Assembly (NCBI GenBank): GCA_030141605.1
Contig: JAQGDQ010000088.1
Coordinates: forward strand, 434,001-498,000
Source of the DNA: Tubiluchus corallicola
Lineage: Eukaryota; Animalia; Priapulida
DNA: 64,000 nucleotides
Direction of reading: 5' to 3'
Within the stretch, counting starts at the first letter, position 1; every line of letters starts with the position of its first letter. The translations under genes were made by a program, and so were the position numbers. The notes under the pieces are model-generated. The model ran no database searches. It saw only the letters and a program-made list of their open reading frames with translations, and had not been told where the DNA came from. Below, one piece after another: positions 11,748-23,651 of the stretch.

Positions 11748-14700
11748 CTGTCTGCTTTTAGTGCGGCTTGTGTCTATTAGATAATTACTAAAATAACACT
11801 TTCAATGACGTTCTGTGCATTATAATGGATCTGAGTTGACAAATTTCTCTACAAGGCAAAGAAAATGGGAAGGGATGGGAAAGAAAGTATCAATCAACTG
11901 CGTTACGTGATTTTTGAAATGGAACGCTATAGCTTGGTATAAATTACTGAAGAAACAAGTTAACAACATATTTGATACGGTTTTAGCAAAAAAGCAATTG
12001 TAATTTGCAACCACTTCGGATCGGGTGAGTTCCTGGATCAGAATGTCATTCCCCACTCAAATTTGTCAATACTATTAGAATAGCCGGGAATCATGTTCCT
12101 CTTCTCACGTTCATACATAGTAGGCAAGAAACAATTTTGATATAAGTCCTAATATGCATATGGTTTCCTTTAGATGTCAATCTGTATATAAGAACATTAT
12201 ATTATAACATCGTGTTGACATCTCCAGCCAACTGCTTATAGAGCAACTTGTGACTTCTTTGATGTTAATTACGTTGGCCATTCTGTATGAGAAGCCACAA
12301 ATATGTAGCATCACCGCTGTCTTGTCAAGTGTGTATGTTGTGGTCTGATCTTTATATTGCTGTAATTTAAGGACCCTTGCGTGCACCATAATAATATTGC
12401 ATGTCGCGCAATAATATTGCATACACCGTAAATGCAGTAAGTCTAGATAGATTGAAGTCCGTTAGGTTATGTGAAATTTTAGTCACGCACTAGCTTCTGT
12501 TTGAGTGTGAATTTCTATGATTGCATTTGTCACGTACATTACCATAATAAATCTCCTGTGTGGGTTGAGGGAAATTGAACGCTCTCTCACTAGTAGATGA
12601 TAACACTGACTATTTTAATCTTGCTAGAGCATTTCGCTAGCTGTAAGTGTTAGCTGGAGAATCATTTTGTCACGTTTGAATTCTAGACGTCCTTTAATTC
12701 AAGGCGTCGTCATTTTGTGAAGAAGCAACGTTAAGACGTAACCGATGATTCTCGTCTGCAGAGATTTGTTTAAAAGTTAACTTGATTTTCAATTTTTTCT
12801 TGCCAATTTGAGTTTCTCAGCGGAGCTAATGAGTACATGTCTGTAGAATCTTGTTGACTTTTTGACACGAATGAGCAGAGAAAATTCTATGTTTTCTTCG
12901 GTGATGCGTTTTCAGGGACGTAGAAATTTGATTTAATGACAGAAATTGATCAAAGTCAAAAATAATTAAAATACATACACGTGTTAGTTTTATCTGTTTT
13001 CATTATTGTTTCAATAGGTGAAGAGTCTGTCGACACATTTAAACACTTCATTGCGAGTTTCAAACAATGTTTTTAGCATGTCCGTTTTAAATTTTGCTGA
13101 TTAAAAAAACGTTTGAATTGTAGCGCTGTCAGCTTTTTCAGTAAACAGGTGACGATATCGCGAATGGTAAACGCTATAAGGGTTCTTAATCAAACATTAA
13201 ATGACCGATTTGTTCTATGGAAATCACAGTGTAAATCAACATTCTGCAGTAATTACGTTACCATTGCAATCATTAAAGGCACGGCAATGACATGTTTAAC
13301 TTTGTTAGGGGTGACAAGGGATGTAGGTCAAACCTGTACAGATAGTTAAAGGTGCAGTCGTTGATGTTATTAGGTAGTAATAGTTTTAGTAGGTGGCGAT
13401 ATAAGTTTTTGTTATAAACACTATATTAATATTTTTACATGCTTATTTGAATTGAAAGCACAGGACATGTAGCATTAGCAAAAAGAAAGTATAGACGTTA
13501 GTTTTTAAGATAAGAATACCCAAGAAAAATTGGTAACGCGGGATGCCTTATGGAGAAATCGAATTCAAATTTTAAACGGCACGCTGTTTTCCACTAATAG
13601 CAGAATCTGGCGAGAAACCCTTGTTGAACAACTCCTACGACAGCGTATAAGAGGAGGGTTGTCTAAGTAACAACTGTTAGTTCATTGAATTTTTTCAGAG
13701 ACCCACTTGCACCAAGCAGACAAACCCCATTTCATAACTGTACTAAAAATTATTTGTAAGAATTTTACTTTCTACACGTGTTTATATTTCTGCTTATTGA
13801 AGTCTCTTATTCGGGTGACACGTTAGTCTTATTTATGGGGATTTGTATAAAAATCTAATATTAACTCTGTGGACCTGACTGAGCTCTGTACAACTCTGCA
13901 TGTTCGCATCGTATAAGTCGTGTCGAGTGGGATGAGAAATGTTCAGGTGAGTAAATCTAGATATGTGTGATTCCTTGTTTATTGCGCCAGCATTATTGAC
14001 ATTGCGTTAATGGTTCAAATCCTAACAGGTGACAAAACAGCTTAGCGATGAGTTCAAATTTCCGCTGCCATTGATCTTGGGTATAATGGAAAGCTACAGG
14101 TGATATGAGTAAAATGGCCACCATTATTCAGTCTCTTCAAATATCCTTAGAGGCTTTTTTGATCTTTTTTTCTGAATGAATTATAAGTAGCTTCCGATTC
14201 ATACTCAGCCCGGGCTAGAGAATCAGCCCACAACACGTAAAGGTACTATACTGCTGTTCTATGGACCAGACTTCATGTGTTCATTATGTGTTCAGACTTC
14301 AAACTGAGACAAGTTGTAACCACTTACACCAGTCTCATGCTGCTGCACATTGCAGTGTGACAAAGCCCGAACTGAGTTCGCCAAAATCACAAATTGCTAA
14401 CGTTGTATGTTCGTTAGCCTGCGCACATCAAAAAGGTACTCAAAAAGGGGGTACCAATAACGGCTACAAAAATCGAGATAATCTAAACCAGTATCAAGAC
14501 TAATCTATTATTTCTGTCGCGTCTGAGTTATCAAAATCTTTGTGCATAGTCATGGTAATACCATGTTTGTTGTGACAAAGTTATAAGTGCATGTAAGTCC
14601 CAAATACTTAATAGGTCAGGGTATAAAACCTGATTTTCGATTAATTAAAAATTAATTGGTTGTCTGCAAAAGACGTTATTCACTAACACGTGTCCTTTTC

Positions 14701-15330
14701 CGATACCAATCCAAACCAATGGCCAAACCAATAACAACACAGCTTTCTTATGACGGTTATTATTAAAGGGCAATGCAAATACAGAATTCTGTGTTGGCAT
14801 TTAATGCACAGCAAAATGTTCCGAACAAATTTTCAAGTTTTAGGCATTACCATTTGGCAGATGTTAATAATAAGATATATTTTTATTATAATGTTGGTAG
14901 CGGATCAGAAATTCATGTGATCGTTTTATTTAACTAATAGTTTTTGGGTCATTCTTGCCAAATTTCTTCTGTGAGGACACAGTTTGTTTACAGTGAGGAA
15001 GACCTACTTTCCACCATAAGCCATCTAATGGGTGTGTTTTGCTGGTTTCTCATTATTTCTGCAGATGGTGAGACGGGTACTGCAAACATTTTGCTAAATG
15101 TCATGCTGGATAGAGGAATATGTGACGTTATCATTGATAGCATTTTAAACTGGTGTACTTGCAGTGCTTTTAATATTTAATGAAGAGTTTATAAATAAAT
15201 TTATCGAGATTCAATGTGCTTTTGTATTGTAGTTGTGTTAATCTTTGGATCTTTTGTAAATGTGGAACACCTAGTTAACACTGAATTTATAATTTATAAT
15301 TATTTGTGTTTTATCAGGTTTTTCTTGCAG

Positions 15331-15481
15331 GACACACAGAGAATTTTGCTGTACCATTTGCACCTATCACAAAGTCCCCCACAGCTGGCATGATAGCTCT
15401 GGCTTTCTATAGTGGCCTTTTCGCATACGGTGGTTGGAACTTTCTCAACTTTGTCACTGAGGAGCTCCAGAATCCAAATAA
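15331..15481 (+). CDS. SLC7A5/SLC7A8-like: SLC7 transporter coding exon 3A (EL3-TM6, FAYGGW variant), mutually exclusive
   Basis: Acceptor TTCTTGCAG, donor AA|GTATGC, 151 nt, phase 1/2. Encodes [51 protein letters not shown]. Confidence 0.93.
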
Positions 15482-15534
15482 GTATGCATCTGTAATTGTG
15501 TAATTTAATTAACAAATTGATTTTTGCTATTCAG

Positions 15535-15685
15535 GAAACACCGAAAATTTTCAACACGCCTTTGAGCCAGTGCAGAAGACGCCATCTGCTGGTATGGTCT
15601 CATTGGCATTCTATAGTGGTTTGTTTGCTTACGCTGGCTGGAACTTCCTGAATTTCGTCACTGAAGAGTTGCAAGAACCTTACAA
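15535..15685 (+). CDS. SLC7A5/SLC7A8-like: SLC7 transporter coding exon 3B (EL3-TM6, FAYAGW variant), mutually exclusive; absent from the ORF track
   Basis: Acceptor GCTATTCAG, donor AA|GTAAAA, 151 nt, phase 1/2, open frame. Encodes [51 protein letters not shown]. Confidence 0.93.
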
Positions 15686-15774
15686 GTAAAAATTAAGTAG
15701 AGAGTTGGGGGCACAAAGTCTCTTTACGTTTCCAAGAAAACTGTTTTCTAATTGCAACAACGTTTACTATACTG

Positions 15775-16220
15775 ACTAATGCAGGACTAATGGTGATTGG
15801 TGTACCTCTTTCATTTTTCTTTTGGCGAAATTAAAGCTTAGTGATCGTTGCTGCTTTTATAAAATTGGGAAATGAGATTCCTGAAAACAGACTATGGTGC
15901 CCTCTATTTCTTGCTAGGAAGAACTTTTTACTAATTTTTAGTGTTTTTGTCGCATGCTTACCTTAGCTATGGGATGTCATGTATGTTGCTTGTACTTGCT
16001 TCTATCTATTCCTATGTTAAGCTAATGCTTCACTAGCTAACAGTAACTTCTAAACCTCTAAAATGTGTTTTACTCTTTACATAAGAAATAGCAATCATTG
16101 CAAATTTGTTGTGCAAACTAATGCATGCATGTACCTTTTTTGGTAATTTTCTAATAAGACTTGTTTGTGGTAACATAGTGCATGCACGTGTGTTAGTCCT
16201 ATTTATATACTTTTACTAAC
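15775..16220 (+). promoter_or_regulatory. Candidate intronic splicing regulatory cluster (STAR/QKI ACTAAY and RBFOX TGCATG)
   Basis: ACTAAY at 15775, 15786, 15930, 16117 and 16215. TGCATG at 16122, 16126 and 16179. GCATG at 15952. All lie within about 540 nt downstream of exon 3B. Confidence 0.55.
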
Positions 16221-16254
16221 GTTGTCCTTCTATTATTGAACAAAAGCTTTTATA

Positions 16255-17002
16255 CAGTAAGCGCCGCTTAATAGACTCATGGTTAGTAGACTCAATCGCT
16301 TAATTAACTCTAAAACGCCTGGTCGATAATTGGCTTAAATAACTCCGCATAATTGATTCGATATTTTTGGTTCACATGCTTCATAGGATACTACCCTTTC
16401 ATGTGACTAACAAGTTAAACATTTAGTCACTTGCTTAATTTTGCTTAATCACTTGCTTAACCCGTTTGCCTTTGAAGCTCTGGCTGTCTTTGACAGAAAC
16501 TTTAATCAATTATAAACAATAAACTTTAAACAATTATAGCAAGCAGGAACTTAGGCGAAACTACAGACGATGCTGTGGTGAAATATGGGCACCACCAAGT
16601 ATTTTACGAGAATTTGTACATCATACAACAGATTTTCAACGTTTTTATCATTATGAGAACTTTGGGAGCCAGCATTTTCATGATAAAATGAAGTATCCGA
16701 CTTTGAAAGAATTTTTGTAATTTTTGCAAATAAACAGACTTGTGTGTTTAGAAAAGTATACTTTTTAATTTATTACTAATTCACTTATATAAATTAATGT
16801 TTTAATTTTTTTTTAAATTTTTAACTGCACAAAAAAATTTAAGCTTTACTTCATCCCTAAAATTTATTAAAAACTCGCAGCGCATAGTATGCTGGTGACT
16901 CGTACTGCTATACCAGTAATACCCATCAGCTAATACGTTCAGTCGGTTAATAGGGTCAAAACACTTCGGTCCCAAAGTGAGTCTGTCAAGCAGCGCATAC
17001 TG
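16255..17002. mobile_element. Tc1/mariner-pogo (Tigger-like) non-autonomous element
   Basis: Imperfect 25-bp TIRs CAGTAAGCGCCGCTTAATAGACTCA and TGAGTCTGTCAAGCAGCGCATACTG, flanked by TA on both sides. Confidence 0.85.
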
Positions 17003-17849
17003 TACTATTAATCCTGTTTACTACGGTATAAGAGTAAATAAAGTATTTTAAAACAGTTTGTTTTCTTTGTCAGTATTTATAAAAATGGTAAATTTATAAA
17101 ATTTTTGAAGTGGAACAGTTTTAAATTTATAATGCAGTTATTCTACTATATTCTTTGAAACTAAAATAAAAACTGCTTTTGTATTTTTAAAAGCCTAGAT
17201 CTGATTATTTTGTATTACTGTTCTGCTTGACGAGTTATAAATTTTTTAAAAATGGCGTTTTCTATACTTTTAAGCCGAGTTTTCGTTCGTAAATGCCCAG
17301 ATTATAACAGTGGCCCTGGAGAACAATAATTATGCCAAACGGCTAAACGTAAATGAAATGAATATCTATGTAGAGTATATACCTTCTTCTAACCTTGCTT
17401 AATAAGGTAAGGTAATATCACTGCATGCCTGGCTTATTGACTAATATAATCAATACTGATGTTTGCTTTCAGAAGTTTTGCCAAGTTTGATAGAGCAGCA
17501 TTTAAATATTTGTAAGTCAGCATGATAAAAGGTTCTCGAATCTCCAGTTGGTTTTCATTGCTTAGACTATGTTTGTTGATGTAACTTTCCTAACAAAATA
17601 GAATACAGCTATGATTTTGCTCGTGCTCTTAAATTTTAACATTTTTGCTTCGTCAAATAAGTTTGCATGATCATAGTCACTAATTTCATAATTTCAAGGC
17701 ACAATATTCTTAGAGAATCATGCAAGTTGAAATTCTCTCTATTCTTCACTTTTGAGTTTTCTAAAACTGGTAAGAGGTTGTTCTTTTCAGTGTCAAGTTT
17801 TGGAATCAAAATTCTTTACTTTGTCACACAACATTAGCATATTTAAGTA

Positions 17850-18480
17850 TGGTATTGATGGTTTTGTTTAACTTCAAGAATGATGTACAAATATTGTACG
17901 ATATGGAAACACTGTTTGAGGACTTGGTAGCCATTACACCAGATTCCCTCGGCCACCTGCCCATGTTTCTTTTGTTTTTGTTGGTTTATAGGGGTGATAA
18001 GGCTTTAGATGTCAATATCTCACTATGTGATATTCTTTGTTTAAGCTGCAAATAGGCAGATGTACCATAGCCTGCAGTGTGTGCTTCCTACGTCAACTGA
18101 AATGTCAGTAACACCAGTTATGTTATAGTATGCTGGTTATGAGTATTGTTTCAACTTCTGTACTAAAGACTTTGCTGCTTTTTCAACTGATGTTGTTCTT
18201 CATGGAAATAAGGAGTTGGGATTTTTTTCTGTTTGCACTATGGACAAAAACAAGCTATGGACAGCTTAAATAGTTCATTTTACATTTGTAAAGATATTCT
18301 CTGCTTGTTGGTTAAATTCAGTTGCTGGTTGCTTCATATTTTATTCTACCTGTAGTACCGACATTTCTCAGTTTTTCACATGAGTTTCTAGGTACAATTT
18401 TTACATATTCATCAGACTTGTAGTTGGTGGCTGTTCTGAAAAATGATTTTGTCATTGTGTGGTTTGAATGTGGTTGAGCA
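17850..18480 (-). mobile_element. Possible highly decayed RTE-like LINE fragment
   Basis: Weak ORF2 C-terminal-like remnants on the minus strand with many stops and frameshifts. Boundaries approximate. Confidence 0.3.
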
Positions 18481-19989
18481 GTGTAAATATTAAGTATTAC
18501 ACTGATGTTTTTTTCTGCTGTATTTTGGGATTTTGGTCAAATGGCATTTGTCGAAATGATGACTGGTAACCCCTTTAAATAAAGAAGCTAGAATTTTAGT
18601 AAACAGCAAAAACTTCAAACTTTGTGAAACTATTGTCGTCGTCGTCATCAACGAGTGCAGATTTCCATAAAGTCTGAGGTCTGGAAACAGGTCGTGAAAA
18701 ATGTTCTAGCAGGTTAGCAAAACACCATCAGTTTACATAATTAGAACTTGTTTTTGTCTTAACCTGTTTTCCAGGCTTCAGCTTTTTGGAAAATTATTGT
18801 ACGTAGTAGATAAAAAAGCTTAAAAGTTAAAAGCTCGTTAATTGTTTTTACATTGATATTAATAAAGCATGTTGAAGAAGTTATACATACGCACTTTAAT
18901 AACTAAAGCCCATTTATGCAATATTTAAAAGTAAAGATAATACCTGCTACTGTAATTACTTAATCTGCTTTGCGGCCTAACAGTGGATTAGAAGGTATGC
19001 TTTTTCGTGAAAATATCTACATATCTTGCATTTCTAATCTTCAAAAAATAGTGCCATCAGTCTCCATATTCAAGTGCATTTTAAAAGTTTACTTAAGATG
19101 TTAACACAGTGCGTTCTCAGATTGTCAAACTATGTTTAAATTGAAAGAATTCAAACATGTTATGGTCATTCATTAGCAGTTACCCAAGTAAGCTATCTTT
19201 ATTTCTTGCAAAGTGCCCATTACTACTGTGTCACACAACGACTTTCATGCATTCGTGTGTGTTGATAATGCACACAAGGGTGTTGCACACGAGGGTGTGT
19301 GTGCACACTAACTGTCATTTTAGTCAATCAATATAGATTGGGAGATACTGTAACATATTCTATGTTTTGGCATGTCAGACTTTTGAAGGTAGTTTCTAGG
19401 ATAATTTTATCCATGAGTTCATTTCTGTTGATAAATTTTTAATTTTGTACTTTTAATGAGATAATTTGAATATTTAAGTATATTAATATTTTAACTATAT
19501 AATACACTGAAATTGCATTATGAATATGAAGGCCTGCTTGTGCAATAAGTTTGATGTAACTTGTTTTTAGTTATACCCACACAATGTTTTACATTAGCAT
19601 GTTGTTTTGGACTTTAATATACCTCATGTCAGTCATGTGATTCATGCAAATATGCACAAAAACCGACCGTGAGTTTACTTTATTCATATTGGGTTCATTA
19701 TATCACCAATTTCTCGCTACAATAAGCTATTTTAAGTGGTTCTTTTAACAACTTTTCATGAAGACTGTATTTCTGCCATATATACATTTTTGGTGCGTTT
19801 AATGAGATAATTAACTTGTTTATCATGTACTGTGATGCTTTTTATCTGTCTATGGTTTTTTTAAACGTTTTGATCAATAATGTTCTAAAATATTCCGTTT
19901 TCCATACAGGCTGAGGAACAAGTGGTAAATGTTGTCAATTTATTTATAAGTTTCACTCAAAATGATGTCATAGCCATATCTCAAACTGC

Positions 19990-20900
19990 CAGAAGCATTG
20001 GAAGCAAAATGTCTTCTTTGCAGCTGCTACCTAGGGACCTGTTCAACAAAACAGGTTATTATTAAAGCTGGTCTAAAAAAATCATGGAGAAAGCTCACTT
20101 TTGGTCCAAATTAAAGCTCCAGAGTTTGTTCAGCCACATTATGAATTCATCAGCATTTTGGTCAGAATAAGACAACAAACCTATAAAATCTGCAGGCTGA
20201 TGTATAGCACACATTCAACAACAAAGCAAGTTGTGTCGATGTGTCAGATACCACTGTCAAAAGAACTAAAAGAAGAATTAGCTATGTTTGTCTATTGGTG
20301 AGATGTAGACTGTCTAAAAGAGTTACTGGCAGGTCAAACTTTATTTGTTTTGTTTGTATCATAAAAACAAATTAAGATACAAAGTTATCATGTAACAGCA
20401 TATAATGATGTGAGGCTTGGGAGTGTTCCAGAAATTTCAGTAGACAGAGAAAAGAAATATTCTTGGTGACCAGTATCAAGAGGCAGCAGAGAGAGTGTGA
20501 ACTATGATCTGTATGGAAAGTCGTTTGACTTTTTTGCAGTAGATGTGTCTCGTGACAAAATCCACTGAACATATTTTATTATAACTTCCAAGAATGACCT
20601 AGAAAAAGATCAGAAAAAATCAACAAAGGTCCAAGTAAATGAGTAGTTCAATAGGCTCTAGCCAATGATGGGGGTTACAAGATGACATTAAAGAGCTGAG
20701 AACAGAAAGAGGATGCAAGCATCAGATACATATGATATAACACAGAATGTGTTAAACAGATTTGGGGACACTTTTACCTTCATCTTAGTAGTGTAAGTTT
20801 TTGTTTTTGTGCTGTTGTCAACCTGGCAAAGGTGCTTGCAAGCATGTTTGAAAGAGAACTTAATGCAGCAGCAAATGATAAGCTGACAGTAAAATGGCAA
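19990..20900 (+). mobile_element. Decayed interspersed repeat copy 1 (probable LINE fragment)
   Basis: Shares colinear blocks with the reverse complement of 21230-22200: GGAGAAAGC, AGCCAYATTATGAATTYATCA, AAAAGAGTTA, AAGATRCAAAGYTATCAT, TGGTGACCAGTATCAA. Confidence 0.65.
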
Positions 20901-21229
20901 AATGATTCAGTTGACTTGTACAAGTCCGTGGCCACATCTGTATAAGAGTGATGATACATCTGTAGATCTAGTCATTCTTTAAATGTTAATGTTCAAAGTA
21001 ATGATATTAATAAATAACTAGATGAATGTGATTTTCATTCACTTTTTCAGTAGTTACTTTGCTATTGGTAACAGCATGCTCATTTTTAAGTGGTTTCTGG
21101 TTACGAGACCAGTGATTGCATTGTATGTGTTAGGATTAGACAAAGCAGGATAGGGCCCACTTCTGTCTAGACATAATAAGGTTTTCAGTCTTTAGTCTTC
21201 ATTCACTAGCTGCTACTGCACTACTGTAA

Positions 21230-22200
21230 GTTTTCTTTCAATCATATTTGCAATTGCATTTGTTAAGCCGTCATCTTGAGGACCAGCACTATTCAAAGTA
21301 GCTGGAGCATACAAACAAGAATCCACACACACAAACAGGGTTCCTAGCAGATTTCTAGAAAGAAGTTTTGTGCTGTAGTCTGTTTACCATCAGTCTTTAG
21401 GTCTTGAGTGGTTCTTCCAATTAATTTTCACGCTCAGCTCTTTAACGTCTTCATTAAAGAGTAGTTAATGAAGTATTAAAGAGTAGTTCCATCACTAACT
21501 ATGCCTCCTCCTTTTTTGATAATTTTTTTCTACCAGCATTACAAACTCCTTCTTTACTTACATAGACTTTGGTGCCTTTCCTGAACTTTGTGCGGTCTTT
21601 CTAGGAAATTCTTGTCCAAAAAGTGTGTAAGAGATTTTTTTGATGAGGCACACAAACCGCAAAAGATATCAAATGTCTGCATTTTGATACTGGTCACCAG
21701 TAAAATATCTTTTCTTTGGCTGTTCTTGTAATTTCTTCTAAATCTTTGAAATATCCTTGATGCCCTCTATTGTATTGTGGTTTCATATGATAGCTTTGCA
21801 TCTTGATTTCTTTTTATCTTGCAAATGAAAACATATAAAGTTATAAGTTTGACTTTGCAATAACTCTTTTAGTCTTTTTATGCTCATTTGTTTTATCACC
21901 ACCATCACAAATGGATGAACATATTCTTAATGTTTCTTTCAATTCATCTGGCACACCATATTCATTTTTGTTTGTTGCCAATTGTGTACTACATCAGAGC
22001 ATATATGCCAGACTTTGTAGGCATATAGGTTGACTCTATTTGTGTTTTTTATTGTATCCAAGCTGGTGATAAATTCATAATATGGCTAAACAGATTCTGT
22101 AACTGGCTCAAAAATGTGCTTTCTCCCAATAGTATTCAGAACAGCTTCACCAATAGTCTGTTTTGGTTTGGCTCTTAGGTGTGGTTGCAAATGTCCCAGG
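21230..22200 (-). mobile_element. Decayed interspersed repeat copy 2, inverted relative to 19990-20900
   Basis: Same shared blocks in reverse complement, e.g. TTGATACTGGTCACCA near 21684 versus TGGTGACCAGTATCAA near 20465. Confidence 0.65.
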
Positions 22201-23527
22201 GACTAAAAGTTCGCGTCCCGATGATGGACTAAGATTCTTATAAATGTATTTAGTATCAAGATAGTTGCAGGGGGAGGGGGGTGCTGCAAAGGGCTACAGA
22301 GCCACATGAAGATTTAAAAAGTTGGACTTCTATAATGCCAATTTTATTAGAATTTTCATCACTTGCATGTATTCCCATTGCTAATACAGTTACTATCCTC
22401 AAACATTGTTTCAATTATTGTTACACACTCCATAACAATAATTAGTAGTTTATATACCCAAGATAATTTTACCTTATCTTAAATACTGTTCCACAAAATT
22501 TCTTAGAACTATACTAAAAAGGAGCACTTTATTTTGTTTGCCTCACAGGGTTGTGTCGCTTTGCTAGGACACAACTTCACAAACAATAATTCTGCAAAAT
22601 ATTCACCCATCTAGGCACTTCTCATGTCTGATGTTGCTTAACTACCGAAGGAATTTCTTTTGAATGCCAATAAGTAATTATGCAGTGAAGTTTTTAAATT
22701 TGAATTGAAATGAATCTGAAATCATTGAATTTTTGCGTGAAATTTATATTCATTTCATGACAACATTTACTTTTTTCCTGAAAAAAGAACATTTTAAAAC
22801 GTTATTCCTCAAACCATTTTTAAAACACAGACAGATAAAAATACAGTGCACGATAAACACATTGATTATCTCATTAAACATGTTAAACAAAAATGTGTCA
22901 GGCAGAAACATCTTCTTCATATCAAATTGTCAAAGTATCCACCTTAAATATCTCTTTTTGATGAGAAATGAATGATATAATGAAGCAGTATGAAAACTGT
23001 GTATCTGGTTCAGTTTTGCTGAATTTGCATAAGGCATATTAATATCCAGTGACATGCGAATCTAAGACATTGTGGGATGTAATTAAACAAATACGATGAA
23101 ATTTTTGCCTCTCATTTAGTTAAAATGTTAATATGTTCATGTATGCAAATCATCTCATTAAATATGCAAACTTAAAAAATGTATCTAGCAGAAGTGATTT
23201 CTTTGGATAAAGAAACCTAGGAACTTAGAAAAGCCTAGAAACCGTTTTCAGAAGTTTGACATCTCAAAATATCAAATATTTTACAGTGTGCGTAATAATA
23301 TAGTATGATACCAGTATAATAAGTTATTGGAATATCATTGATCATGATTTCAGTTTGCATTTGCATCAATGTGATTTATAAATGTGTCACTGCTTTAAAT
23401 AGCTAAAGATTGTTGTGATAATAGCTGGCTTAAAATTTCCTTTTTTTCTTCAGAAATAATCAGTTAGTGTCCCATGAGCTAAAATCAGTGTGCGTTTGAT
23501 CAGTTACTAAATAAAAATGATTTTCAG

Positions 23528-23651
23528 GAATCTTCCTCGTGCTATAGGCATTGCAATGCCATTGGTGACGGTGGTGTATATACTGACCAATGTGGCATAC
23601 TTTTCTGTCATCCCTGCTGATGTATTATTAACATCCGAAGCCACTGGCGTT
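23528..23651 (+). CDS. SLC7A5/SLC7A8-like: SLC7 transporter coding exon 4 (TM7)
   Basis: Acceptor TTTTCAG, donor GTAAGT, 124 nt, phase 2/0. Encodes NLPRAIGIAMPLVTVVYILTNVAYF. Confidence 0.95.

Noticed and set aside
13018-13077. Possible third exon-3 variant after the acceptor-like TTTCAATAG
   Set aside because: Reads GEESVDTFKHFIASFKQCF then a stop, with no TM6 similarity. No third copy of exon 3 was seen by eye in 11191-23527.
15311-15330. Upstream alternative acceptor (TTATCAG ending 15317) for exon 3A
   Set aside because: It adds 13 nt and shifts the frame relative to exon 2.
15535-15685. Exon 3B as a dead duplicate or assembly artefact
   Set aside because: It has intact splice sites, an open frame and identical length, with 14 synonymous versus 1 non-synonymous codon differences in the core. 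That is too diverged for an assembly duplication and too constrained for a pseudoexon.
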